A stretch of DNA of 64,000 bases from Felis catus (lineage: Eukaryota). A program made the position numbers and the translations under genes. The stretch spans positions 21,638,001 through 21,702,000 of the forward strand of contig NC_058381.1 in NCBI RefSeq assembly GCF_018350175.1, in the 5' to 3' direction. The notes beneath the pieces were generated by a model, which worked only from the letters and a program-made list of their open reading frames with translations, was not told where the DNA came from and did no database searches. Numbering within the stretch: the first letter of the stretch is position 1; each line of letters opens with the position of its first letter. This document shows positions 1 through 11,770 of this stretch, piece after piece.

Positions 1-1494
1 CTTTGTTCATGACGAATAGACCAGGCAGAGTCTGGTCCCCCACGCTGTGGGGGAACATGCTTGACTTACTGGAAGAGTCAAGGGCCATGAACTTGACTCA
101 GAAATAGAAGGTGAGGCCTTAGCTGCCTTCTGAGAATGGACAGGGACCCAGAACCCTGGGAGATTTCTCAGACCTCTGTCCTCTAGGGCTCCCAGATGGG
201 GCAGGCAGAGTAGAGGGAAGGGTGGCCTTGGACTCCAAGTTTGAATCCAGATTCCCAGGCAAGAACTAGTAAAATGATAGTAATGAAAAATTGAAGATGG
301 CATTGGGGACTGACTTTTTATTTTGCACTTAAAAAACTTACTATCTGCTATTCCCATCATTCTACATAAAAAGGACACTTTAACACACACCTAATTAAGA
401 AGATTTTAATCTCATAAAAAGAATGGTCCTTTAAATTTAATAACGTTTCATGTATGAAAATTCTCTACTCTTTATTTTTTCCCATTTTGCTGCAGTCAAA
501 GGCAACCTTCATTACTCACTGTCGGCGGTCCATGGGAATCCTGGCCCCAGGCCACCCTATCCTGTGTCCTAAACTCTGGGTCATTTTTGCTATAGGGGGA
601 GTCAGGCTATTCAGCCTGCTGACTAGGGGTGATGGCCTGTCTCCCTTGGGTGGACAAGTCGCCCTTTGGAACTCGGGGCAAAAACTGATAATTTTACACT
701 CACTCTACCTGAACTAGTGAGAAAATGTGCACTGTCTCGTCAAAGGTGGGTTAATTTTCTTCTTCTCAGACACACGCTTCCATACTGTGAAACGAACCAA
801 TTTAGCAAAGAGTTGCTAATTAGACATCTTTGGAAAATTGGGTTTCTTGGATGGATAAGACTGATTTGCAGACACTATTCTCACTGCACACCTGCTAATG
901 GGCACTTCCAAGGTACTTGTGACGAGTCCAGGAGAGACTGAGCCAATGGCAGGGAGCACACGCAGCTTCTGGATTGCGCTCACAAAAGGCAGTTTCCCTG
1001 TTTAAACTCTCGCTAGCTCCCACCGAAGCAATTATTTCCAAAGTTGCCTCGGATGAAAGATTGACTGCACCCTGCAAGGCCCAGGGCTGTCACTGCCTCC
1101 TTGGAGGCAGCCTTTGTTATTGGCTAAGTGCTCTCGTGTGGGCACAGACAGTCCACCTGCACCGGAAGGTGTGTGACCTGAGCCCAGCCCTGTGTTGGCG
1201 TCAGGAGGGGACACGGGATCTCTCGTGCCCCCTTCAGAGCGAAGCTGATAGGAGAATACTCACTCGTAATAAAAAGGTCGATGAAAGGGTAGAGCAACAT
1301 GTTACCAAAGACTCAACACTTACTGGGCCCAAGGAAAAGAGGAAGAAAACGAACGTCTCTGTACTTCTGTGAGGTGCCTCACTGCTGTAGGTGCTGGGGG
1401 TTCACAGATAAGCCGGACAAGGTTGGAGCCCTCAAAGTGGGCCCCAGCTCGTGGGGGAGACTGACAAGTAAAACAGCAGCAATGCAGGTGTCTC

Positions 1495-1710
1495 GGGGTG
1501 CCTGGGTGGCTCACTCAGTTGAGCGTCGGACTTTGGCTCAGGTCGTGATCTCAGGGTCTGTGGGTTCGAGCCCCGTGTCGGGCTCAGAGCCTGGAGCCTG
1601 CTTCCGATTCTGTGTCTCCCTCTCTCTCTGCCCCTCCCCCGTTCACACTCTGTCTCTGTCTCTCAAAAATAAATAAAAATGTTTAAAAAAATTAAAAAAA
1701 AACCAAAAAA
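1495..1710 (+). mobile_element. Can-SINE (feline SINEC) with a short internal deletion, inserted in an L2 remnant
   Basis: GGGGTGCCTGGGTGGCTCA head, B box GTTCGAGCC, (CT)n region and A-rich tail; flanks share AGGTGTCTC (TSD). Confidence 0.95.
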
Positions 1711-1929
1711 CGAAGGTGTCTCTTCTGTAAGAAGCTTATGTGCAGCGTTTGTGACAAGAGATCCACTGAGCACCTGGAAGGTGGGGAGTCTCATAGAAGT
1801 AACACTTGATAATGACATGGACTGATCACTCACTGAGGCTCAGGTACCCTCGTGAGCACTTTTATAACATTATTTTATCTCCCAACAACATACTATTACC
1901 CCCTATTATATCCCCTATCTCCCCTATTA

Positions 1930-2091
1930 NNNNNNNNNNNNNNNNNNNNNNNNNNNNNNNNNNNNNNNNNNNNNNNNNNNNNNNNNNNNNNNNNNNNNNN
2001 NNNNNNNNNNNNNNNNNNNNNNNNNNNNNNNNNNNNNNNNNNNNNNNNNNNNNNNNNNNNNNNNNNNNNNNNNNNNNNNNNNNNNNNNNNN
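1930..2091. other. assembly gap
   Basis: run of N. Confidence 1.
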
Positions 2092-2139
2092 GGGTACCCC
2101 TCACTTGTATGGGTTCCCTCCAAGGTCCTGGAAATCCCT

Positions 2140-2268
2140 NNNNNNNNNNNNNNNNNNNNNNNNNNNNNNNNNNNNNNNNNNNNNNNNNNNNNNNNNNNNN
2201 NNNNNNNNNNNNNNNNNNNNNNNNNNNNNNNNNNNNNNNNNNNNNNNNNNNNNNNNNNNNNNNNNNNN
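2140..2268. other. assembly gap
   Basis: run of N. Confidence 1.
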
Positions 2269-2384
2269 CCAGGAAATGAGCTGTCAACACACAGCCCAAT
2301 GTGGGGCTCGAACTCGTGAACCGCGTGATCATGACCTGAGCCGAAGTCAGACGCAGTCGGTTGACTGAGTCACCCAGGTGTCCC
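2269..2384 (-). mobile_element. Can-SINE 5' half; the rest lies in the gap
   Basis: GGGGCTCGAACTC...GATCATGACCTGAGCCGAAGTC...CACCCAGGTGTCCC is the reverse complement of the SINE head. Confidence 0.9.
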
Positions 2385-2639
2385 TCCATCTGGATTCTAG
2401 TCCCTTCTATGCATCGTTACGTTACTACCAGCCACTCTGGTGTAGGAACAGCTTCCAGGAATACCCAGACACCTACCATGCCAGCTCAGTGCGTGAGCCA
2501 CGTGGTACCACATAGGGCTCCTGCACCCCACCCCTGATGCAGATGTGGGTCAGGGAGGAGGGAAACAAGGTGTGAAATGTTGCAGAGCCACAAGCCAGTC
2601 TGTGGGAAATTCTCCCAGTCGTGAGGTATGTGGCGCTGT

Positions 2640-3220
2640 ACAAAAAGGTTCAGCCTATTCAAAGCAGGGCATCTCCTCCTTTCAGAGATGTGCTTGTGGG
2701 TCCGTTAATATGTTTGTACCATTACGTGCCGTACATTTCTTCTGTTCTCTGCATGGAGTCTTACAGAAGAAGGTTTCTCAGAATTCCTGAATCTGTGAGC
2801 TGCAAGCATGTCACGGTACCCCAACAATGGTTACATCTGTGTTTGACACAGCCCCCACTCTCATGATACCTTTTCTGATCGACCACGCTAGAAAAAAAAA
2901 AGTCTGAATTCTATTTCTATTCACTCCTTAGAGAATCATATCACAAAACTGCTGTCGTAGAGCGTGCCGCCAGAAATGGTGGGAAAAAGTACGACAGAGG
3001 TGGGTCAAGCGGCTCATTAATAAAGTCTTATTTTTCTGGAAACTGCTTGCAGCCTTTGTCGGCTATTTTATAATCTGCGGTCTGTTGTGATCGTCTTTAT
3101 TCCCATTCTCATTTTTCCTCACATTTGCACCTGATTTGGTATTTGTTATTCCTGCATTCTTTTCTCAATGGGGATCCCCGGAAGGAAGGATGTAAGTTTG
3201 GAGCCCTTCTGCGCCTCCTG
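2640..3220. mobile_element. degenerate hAT-Tip100 DNA transposon remnant (Zaphod/MER115-like)
   Basis: 2905-3180 resembles the remembered Zaphod/MER115 consensus (TTTCTATTC...AAAAAGTA..AGAGGTG.GTCA..C...ATTAATAAA). Confidence 0.45.
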
Positions 3221-3679
3221 GGGGGAGGTGTCTTTCCTGTGTATGTCACCTGTGTGTCACTGGTGTGTTGGACTGTCCTGAGCCCCCCTCCCTTCTCCCT
3301 TCCTCCGGTGACAACATCAGCCGGACACTAACAATTCCAATTTTCCTTTCTTCCTCAAGACTAGTGGCTTTTGCAGTAACACCTCCCAGCTGGGAGCCGT
3401 GCTGCAGACCCAATGAGGCAGTGGATCAGCCAGATGCTGAGCACCTTCCCCGGTCACTCCCTGTGTCTGCCCCACTCCTGGTAATGAGCTCGGAAGGGCC
3501 AGATGCTCCCTCCCACACCGAGTACTTTCACGCCACCCTCTCAGCCCAGACTCAACCTGGGCACTTGGATGTTTGCTCCCTGAGTGGCAGGTACAGAGGG
3601 CCAGTCTCCTCTGTGCCCAGTGAAAGCCACTGGTCTGCAGGATTAAGGCCCTCTTAGGCCGGGCACCCCATAAGATTTA

Positions 3680-3875
3680 GGAATACTAAGGTGAGTCTCG
3701 AACCCACAGCTGTGCATGTGCCAGGGACAAGTCTGTGTCCTCATATGGTTCAGAGAAGGGCCCTGAATCCAACCTGAAAGGTCAAGGAAGAGCTTCTCGG
3801 AAGAACGAACTTGAGTCTTAAAGGCCAAGAGAGCACTGTCCAGGTGAGGGTAGGCAGCCAGCGTGTAGCACACAC
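3680..3875 (-). mobile_element. L2 LINE fragment
   Basis: GGTCAAGGAAGAGCTTCTCGGAAGA...TTGAGTCTTAAAGG resembles the antisense L2 3' region. Confidence 0.5.
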
Positions 3876-4029
3876 GCACATCGTCTACCAGTTACTCAGT
3901 TCAGCTCTCGTCTAGGTGCTGCTACACAAGGATTGTGCACACGCGATGCAAGCCCCGAACCAGCTCTCCTTAAATTAAGCAGAAGGGAGATTGTGCTGGG
4001 TGGGTCTGACCTAATCAGGTAAGCACTTT

Positions 4030-4260
4030 ATTTTTCTTTTTAATGTTTATTTATTTTTGAGAGAGAGAGACACAGAGACAGAGACACAGAGTGGAGCGGG
4101 GGAGGGGCAGAGAGAGAGGGAGTCACAGAATCCGAAGCAGGCTCCAGGCTCTGAGCTTCAGCGCCAAGCCAGCCTGATGCAGGGATCAAACCCACAAACT
4201 GTGAGATCTTGACCTGAGCCGAAGTCAGATGCTTAACCGACTGAGCCACCCAGGCGCCCC
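4030..4260 (-). mobile_element. Can-SINE
   Basis: full SINE on the minus strand; perfect 13-bp TSD AGGTAAGCACTTT (4017-4029 / 4261-4273). Confidence 0.97.
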
Positions 4261-4639
4261 AGGTAAGCACTTTCGAGGAAGGCTAGGCCTCCCCTGAGCT
4301 CAGAGTCTCCCAACAGCCACCGGGTCTACCATTCTTCCCCCCTCCCCCACTCCGAGTCCCCACTCCCCATCTTCCTTACTGACCGTACCTGTGGCAACAA
4401 ACTTCGGCTCATGCTGTGGGACTCTGCAATGCTCATGATCTTTGCCTGCCTACCCTAAAGACTTGCATTTAGCCAGCCCACAGTTGCATACGCTGATTTA
4501 TGATAATAAATCCATATGTATATATATATATGTATCATATATAATAAATCTTTTGTCTTTCCTATTGGTACAGCATCTCTGATTGACTGCTGATTGATAA
4601 AGGCAATGGCAACACAACAATAAAATGAGGATTTATCAT

Positions 4640-5000
4640 TACCAGGCATTTCTCTCACTCATTCTCAACAACTCCATGAGGTGGCTGCTGTTATTATCCC
4701 CTTTTATTTATTTATTTTTTTAAGTTTATTTATTTATTTGGAGACAGAGAGAGACGGAGCGGGCGAGCGGGAAGGGGCTTAGAGAGAGCGGGAGAGAAAG
4801 AATCGCAAGCAGGCTGACGGCGTGGTGCCCAGTGCGGGGCTCGAACCCACGAACCGTGAGATCATAACCTGAGCTGAAACCAAGAGTCGGACGCTCAGCT
4901 GACTGAGCCACCAGGGCGCCCCATCCCCTTTTGAAGGTGAGAAAACTGAGGCACAGGGAGGCTGAGCAACCTGTCATATGGCCGGTCAGCCTCGGCACCT
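4640..5000 (-). mobile_element. MIR, interrupted by the Can-SINE at 4706-4922
   Basis: MIR core TTATTATCCCCTTTT|GAAGGTGAGAAAACTGAGGCACAG is restored when the SINE is removed. Confidence 0.75.
4706..4922 (-). mobile_element. Can-SINE (older subfamily)
   Basis: SINE body and T-rich tail; TSD ATCCCCTTTT (4696-4705 / 4923-4932). Confidence 0.95.
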
Positions 5001-5631
5001 GGACTGCCATCCATCTCCCCCGGGTCCTCATGCTGTGTGAGGGGAAACCAGCAGGTCTCAGTCTCTGCTGCTTAAAGCGGGGAGTGATCGTCACTGAGAT
5101 GGGAAAATCCAGGATTCAGGTAAGAGTCAGAACCACCCCGTGTCCCGGCCTGTTGTCCCCCTCGACGGTGGAGAAGGTGAACAGAAGGATGTCAGAGGAG
5201 AGAGGATGTCAGGAGCAAGGCACTGCTGGACTTAGGAGCAAACTGGGGCCCTGCGAAGGCACAGAGGAGCAGCAGGGTGTAAACAGGCTTTAGGTTTGTC
5301 ATGTCAGCTGGACCAGGTTCTTTCTGATGCGCAAGTCTCACCAGGCCCTTGCCCTCCGTGGAACAGAGACTCTTCGCGGGAGCTCCTCCATCAGTAACCA
5401 GGCAGCCTCGGGTGGGTTCCCACAAGGCCCTGCCCACTGAAAAAAAAAATCAGTAGTGCAGCAAGAGTTCGTATGAAGTTTGGGGAGCAGACAAATTTGA
5501 CTCTTTAACCTTTGGCATTGCCCAGGCAGGAAGGAATGAGTCTCTAGACCTTGCATATAAAGACACAGTTACCACAAATTTGAGGAGGTGGCTTTAGGCT
5601 TTGGCACAGGATGTGGGCGTGTATTGCCAAA

Positions 5632-5634
<3 letters not shown>

Positions 5635-5675
<41 letters not shown>
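5635..5675. repeat. (GA)n microsatellite, about 20 units
   Basis: direct inspection. Confidence 0.98.
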
Positions 5676-5678
<3 letters not shown>

Positions 5679-5789
5679 GATATCAGGCATCCTTGCAGAT
5701 AATGGTAATATCAGTACTGGCATAATAGTAGCAATAACCACCCGCTGTATCTTTAAAGAGCTTCATGGTTAACAAATGATTCTCACATA

Positions 5790-5910
5790 TTGAGACGTCT
5801 AACAAGACATCTTTTGTCACTTCTATTATTCCCACTTCACAAATGGACAGACAGACGGTCATTAAGGGACTGGTTCCAGGTCGCACAGTTGGAGTGCGGG
5901 GCTGGTCTTG
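5790..5910 (-). mobile_element. MIR fragment
   Basis: CTATTATTCCCACTTCACAAATGG...CCAGGTCGCACAGTTGG. Confidence 0.6.
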
Positions 5911-6479
5911 GCACGCAGATTGTACTTGACCCCATTCACTGCTGCTCTGGGTTGCCCACCCCCCCACCACCAAGTGCTCCACACACACACACACACATGC
6001 GCACACACAACTGGACAAGGATAATACTCCCCCTGCCCTGGCTGCCTGCTTCCATTTTGCTTTGAGAACAGAATACAGAGGTGGGGAACAGCTGGAGAAC
6101 CGGCCGACTTCTAGGCTGAGAGATGATGAGGAGTTTGCACCAGCGGTGGTCAAAATACAGAGATTAATTACACTCAACCCAAGAAATGGGCTTTTATGGG
6201 CTGCCAGTCGGCAGAAAATATTTTGAAGTCCAAATTTGAAAAATGTCACAACTGCTGTTTTGAATTCATAGATATTTTGGGTGCCTAGCAATGCCTTCTA
6301 TTTCTATTTCTTATTTAGAGAAAGTACCTGTCTTTAAAAATCATGGGGGCTTAGGAAAAGCTCACGCCATGGTCTAGTTTGGGGCTCTGTAGGTGCCATG
6401 GGTCAGGCTGTTGGTGTGGAACACACACTACAGGCAAAGATGAGCCATTAGGAGCTCCGTGCAATGGGGCACAGAGACC

Positions 6480-6665
6480 AGGGGCTCACCGATGTGACTC
6501 CCAGGTCCTCCTCTCCCCAGCTCTGTGACCTGAGGCAAATTCATCTCCACACACCCGTTTTCTTCATCTGTAAACTGGGACCTAGATCAACAACCTCTCC
6601 CCGCTGCCGCAGAGACTGAAACGAGATCATGTAAATTCATTAACTGCCCAGAGCAGGGCTTGGAT
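6480..6665 (+). mobile_element. MIR fragment
   Basis: CTGTGACCTGAGGCAAAT...TTTTCTTCATCTGTAAACTGGG. Confidence 0.65.
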
Positions 6666-7129
6666 GAGAAGCGAGGTTTTAGTCCTACCCACACAACCCT
6701 TGGAGCCACCAGCAAAATGCTTTTCAAACAGTAAACGTTGGATGGGTATCTGTGGAAGGAATGAATGAAAAATGAGGAGAGCCTTACACTGAAATGTTAA
6801 CGCTGTTACCCTGGCAGTGACCCTAGAATCTCTCCAGCATGTTTTACACATTTTGCTAGGCAAGAAATATCCATGGTGATTCACAGATTTTCTAATAAAA
6901 CAGCCGCGCACATCTACCATGAGTTCATAGGGATAATGATGACAAAATACCCGCAAAGCACTTTTTGAACTTTTTGCCGGCAGTTTCATCGTGTTCTCCT
7001 AATAATGCAGTGGGCTGCTGGGACCACCGATGCCCTTGCTACTTGTTTTACTGCTGCTCCCTGCTTGCTTTATTGGGTATGTGCTGGAGGGCTGACCTCC
7101 ATGCTGAGTGCCATATGTACGTCAGCCTG

Positions 7130-7405
7130 GTGGATCCCTGGGATGGAGGCTATTAACAGCATTTTATGCAAAAGAAAACCAAGGCTAATGCTTTAAAAAT
7201 AATAATAAAATAAAAATAAAAAAAAGCAGCTTGCCCACAAGTCACCCAGCCCTGGCAGAGCCAAATTTGGACCAGACTGATCTCAAAGCCACTGTCACAA
7301 AGCGAGCGTCCATCTCGTATCACACAGATGAGAAATCTATGACACCTGCTCCAAGCGACCCATCTCGTAAGGGGTAGAATCTGGAGCCCGATCCATGCAC
7401 TCCTG
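7130..7405 (-). mobile_element. two MIR fragments
   Basis: CATTTTATGCAAAAGAAAACCAAGGCT...TTGCCCACAAGTCAC and CACAGATGAGAAATCT... Confidence 0.55.
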
Positions 7406-8859
7406 AGGCAGATTCGAAGCTGCTTCGACCGCCTAACGTTCTCCAGATCAGGCGATGGTGAAAAGGAGGACCCAGTCGGTCTGCCTTTACTGAAGGCTTC
7501 CATCTGTGAAGCGTGTGCTAAGCATCTGATAAATGTGGTCATTCGATCTGCCCGGGACACAGTGATACACGCGCTCGGAAAGAGAAGCTCAAAGGTTTAG
7601 TCTCGAAAATGTTAATGGCAGCTATCTCAAGCTGGGAGGATTTCAGGTTCCGATTATTTTCTTCCTCTGGATTTTATATATGGTTTGATTTTTGTAAACA
7701 AGTAAACAAGAAGACTTAAAGGCATAGTTCAGAGCGACCCTGCGTTGGGGGTGTAATCCATTCCTGCTTTCCAGCTGGGGAAGCTGAGGGGGAGGGTGAA
7801 GGGTCTGTTCAAAGTTACCTTCCAGAGCTCCAGCTCATCCATGCCACTGAGCTACCTCCTGGGAGCCCCCATCTGCCCAGGGCAGGAGAGTGGCCATCTA
7901 GGAGATTCTATAATCTCTTCCATGACAAGGGCATAGTTTCTTCTGCCCCAAATAGGTGCCTGGCTTCACATGGCAGTGGGGCCCCGGGTGTTCCTACAGC
8001 AAGGACAGGCGTGGCCATTCACTTGGGCTCAGGTGGCTTGTGTGTTGTGAAGGCTCTTTGAGGTGTAAAGAGCCCCCTGGGACCTCGCATTCTTCATCAG
8101 TCACTGCGTGAGAGGCTGGAGGCAGGGATGGCACTCGGTGGGGTAGGACCAGCAACCATCAGTGAATGGGTGAGCATGTTGGGCAGAGGGGGTGGGGGTG
8201 GGTGCACATGCCTGTTCAACCACCGTGGCTGATCTGTTCTTCAGTGTCAGGAATTTGATGCTATGTCCTAACTGTAAAAGTTGGGGACATAACTAATTTA
8301 CATGACTCCATAGAAAGTTCATGGTGAAAAATGACATTTGCTGGACAATACTGGGTGAGCACTCAGAGACCATTAAATTCCAACGTTGTCCACAGAGGCA
8401 GGCAGGCTGTCTATGACAGTAACAGCCAGACCCACTTGGGGAACACATTCATTAAAACATGAAACCTCCTTGTGAGCTAAAGCCTTTCATCATATGGACC
8501 AAAAAAGACCAGCTAGCAAAAAGACCCGCAGCTAGCAGGGTGTGGTAAAGACAACACTAGTCCCGGGGTGTGGATCTAACAACCTTTGGCTCTGACAAGC
8601 TGGGCATCTTTGAATAAGACACTTGAACTTTCTGGGCTCCTCATCGGTAAGATAAGGAAATGAATACTAGCTAACCAGTCTAGTGCAGACACTAGATCGT
8701 CAGAAAGACCCATGAGTACCCCGGATGCAGTTCATATCAAACATTTATTGGGCACCAACTGTATCCAGTACTGCACTGTGGGAATCAAGGAGCAGTTGGA
8801 GATGGTAGGGGCTGGATCTGGCATGGCCACAACACGTTGCTCTACGTTATAGGGGAAGC

Positions 8860-9215
8860 ATGAAGCCCCTCTGCAGCCAATGCCCTGTGCGCCCCCCCCC
8901 AAACCTCATTAGGTCTGAAGCACTCATTCCCCCAGTTGAGGAAGCTGCCTCACCCAACGTTATTCCTCTGCCCACTGACTGGTGCTGGGGTCTGAAGTTC
9001 TGGCCCTTCTCTTTGATGAGAGACATCCTTTCAGGGCGACCCCAGCCCCAGGGTTCCTCATGGGAACCCGGATGCTACGTGTGTTGTGGCTTCCCTCTCT
9101 GCTCCATCTGCTTCCCTTGCTCCTTCATAGGTCTTGTCCCCGAGAACAACCCCCAAAATGTCCTGTATGCAAATCTCGAAGAGTCAGTTTCTTGGGGGGG
9201 GAACGCAAACATTGC
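8860..9215 (+). mobile_element. ERVL solo LTR (LTR16-like)
   Basis: 3' end TCCTGTATGCAAATCTC..AGAGTCAGTTTCTTGGGGGGGAAC resembles the remembered LTR16 terminus. Confidence 0.55.
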
Positions 9216-10689
9216 CATGGGACCCCACAGATTTTAGACAGGGGGGCGTCACTCAGAATGGATGTTTCCTATCCCATTTCCCGGGGTGCAGGCACAGATG
9301 TCCCTTGTGCGGTTTCCGGGAGTGGATTGGGTCGTCCATGCACTGAGAGATAGCTCTCGTGAATATGGCCCAGGGGTCTGGTAAATGTTTAACTTTGAAA
9401 GGGAGAGGAAGAAAGCCCAAGTTCTTGCTCCCTGAGTATCAAAGAGCAACATTTCTTTTGCATGAAATCAAACTGCTTTAGCCTGATTTATCCTGGCGCC
9501 CAGAAGCCCAAATCTACCCCTTGAAGTTAGAAAAAAAAAAAATCTCTGAGTTGAGCACATGGAGGAAACTCACGGGCATTTATTGAATCTGGGAGAATTC
9601 TAATAGAATATCAGAGCTCTAAGAGGAGGCTCAGAGAGGTTGGCTGAGCGTGGCTTCGCTGTGAAAATCCCCAGGACCACTAGGGCATTTTCCATTCAAC
9701 AGGCAGAGAGCCACCATCACAGTGGATTCAAAGTATGGTTGTGCCAGAGGACAGACTCCAGCCTTCCTTCTGGCCCACCAACATGTTTAACTCCTACTTC
9801 AGGAAAATCGGGCTTGTGTTTAAGGCCATATGCTCTCCGGGAACCACTGTATACACACCAGAGCACTGCAGGGCTTACACAAGTGATGCAGATCCCAAAT
9901 CTAGCGCTTGCCAGCGTGTGTCCTTGGAAGAATTACCTCCCCTCCCAGAATTCTTGTGTGTGTGCTGATAAAATAGGGCTCATCCTTCACTTGCGGGAAT
10001 TTTGGTAAAATGGGAAATAACGGGACACCCTTAACAGCGGCTCGGTCCTCAGAGCTGTTACTACTACTGGTAATAATATCTAGAGAATACGGACATTACA
10101 AAGTAAATGAATATTAGCTGACCAGTATAGTGCAGAGGTTAGACCCGACTAAACACCGAGTCTACTTATTTGAGCGCTGACTTTGAATAGCGCGTAAAAA
10201 TGCACACTCCCAACACCTATCTGATGCCGGACAGCAATGCTACCAGCATCATTGCTGCTTTTTTTTCCCCTCAAACCCATACATTGGCCAAAGCTTGGCT
10301 GGAGCCCCAAGTATAGAGGGAGGGAAAATGGTGCCTCAGACACGCAGGGAAATGCTGGGCTGGCAGGGGTGACGGGGCGGGAATTGTGACTCCAGGCTTG
10401 CGATCTTGGGCAAACCGGCCAATCTCCCAAGCGTCAGTTTCATCCATTCAACTGACATTGATTATATACAGATGTCTCAAGCACGGCGCCTCTTACATAG
10501 GCAACAACACGGTGGGTGAGCCAGAGGCCAGCAAAGGGGGCGTGCTGAAGTGAGGGGGCGTGCAAGGGGGCAAGAGCCAAGTGAACACAGTAAAGGCCAG
10601 ATCACTGCTCTCTTGCTGTGGGTTGCAGCCCAGGGACCCGGCGCAGCATCCCTCACGTCAAAATACTCAACAAAGAAACGGATGAGACA

Positions 10690-10900
10690 TCCTGCTGCCT
10701 AGAACAGGGAAGGCTGGAGGTACCGCTTTGAGCTGGGTCTTCAATGAGGAACAGGATGAAGGATAGGAACGGACCCTTCAGGCAGACCCAAGAGCAAGCG
10801 CAAAGGCGTGGAGCTGAGAAAGCCTCTGAGGTGTTGGGGAGCACCTAGCATGGTGCTCACAGAGTGTGCAGAGGGCAGGATGAGAGCCCGCGGAGGTACT
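10690..10900 (-). mobile_element. L2 fragment
   Basis: GGAAGGCTGGAGGTACCGCTTTGAGCTGGGTCTTCAATGA...CAAGCGCAAAGGCGTGGAGCTGAGAAAG. Confidence 0.6.
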
Positions 10901-11439
10901 GGGGGAGTAAAACGAGACAGCCATTCACAACTGCCTGGGCGATAGGTCAGGCGGTATATTTGCCTCTTTTGCTCCCTTGGTGTATATACATTACAGATGC
11001 ATCTTAGAATCGCGCTTGTCCTGACTCCAGATTTACGTCTCATTGTGTTGGTCCATGATTGATCATTAGTAAACGAACATGCATATTGATGTGAAGCTCA
11101 GTTCTGTGTACAGTGTTATCCATGGATTCATCCATTCGTCCAACAGATATTTTATTCCGATAAATGCTAACTGCTGCTCAGAGTGCCTGACCAAGGCAAT
11201 TTGCTGAGGCACGAGTTTGTGTTTCCCCGCTTCCGCTTGCCTGCAGACAGAAGGCTGCTTGGGAGAGATCTGATGTTTGGGTGTGCTTTTTCCTGCTCTA
11301 AGTTTGCGCTTCCGTTCCCCGGGGACACTGTTCTGTGCACATCATGGGGAAGGAGGTCGGGCTTCTCAGAGGCACTGTGGCACCTGCCTTCTCCACCTGA
11401 GCTCCCACGGGAAGCCTCAGTCGCCCAGAGTCTAGCCAA

Positions 11440-11770
11440 GCAGGGGCACAGAGGTCAGGGAGAGGCCGGGAGCCTGGGGGAAGGGAAAATCACAGCATGC
11501 ACGGGGGGAGGAGGAGAAGCACATGAGAAGAGGTGGTGGCAGAAGGTGGCAGCTGAGGAGGGGGAGGCAGGACTGTGAGGAGCAGACGGTGGCAGGGTGG
11601 GAAGGGAAGAGGCAGGAAAGAAGAAAATGAAGTGGAAAAGGGACGAGAGGTACCAATGGATTGGAAATGAGGAGCTTTGGAAAGAGAAGATGTTGGAACG
11701 AAAATTAAGGACGGCAGGTAAGTGGGGCCAGGAGGTGGGAGAAGGTGGGGAGAAAGTGAGCTGAGAGAAC
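11440..11770 (-). mobile_element. purine-rich tract, probably an L2 remnant
   Basis: strong G/A bias; CAATGGATTGGAAATGAGGAG resembles antisense L2. Confidence 0.4.

Noticed and set aside
465-540. Polypyrimidine tract plus CAG resembling a splice acceptor
   Set aside because: No recognisable exon follows, and the surrounding 300-535 region resembles a hAT-Charlie remnant
1495-1580. tRNA-like A and B boxes
   Set aside because: These are the tRNA-derived heads of SINEs, not tRNA genes
1806-2389. Long ORFs containing X, also at 56862-57605 and 61261-61992
   Set aside because: They stay open only because they cross N gaps
5683-6291. 202-aa minus-strand ORF
   Set aside because: Runs through a (CA)n tract and a MIR; no protein similarity recognised
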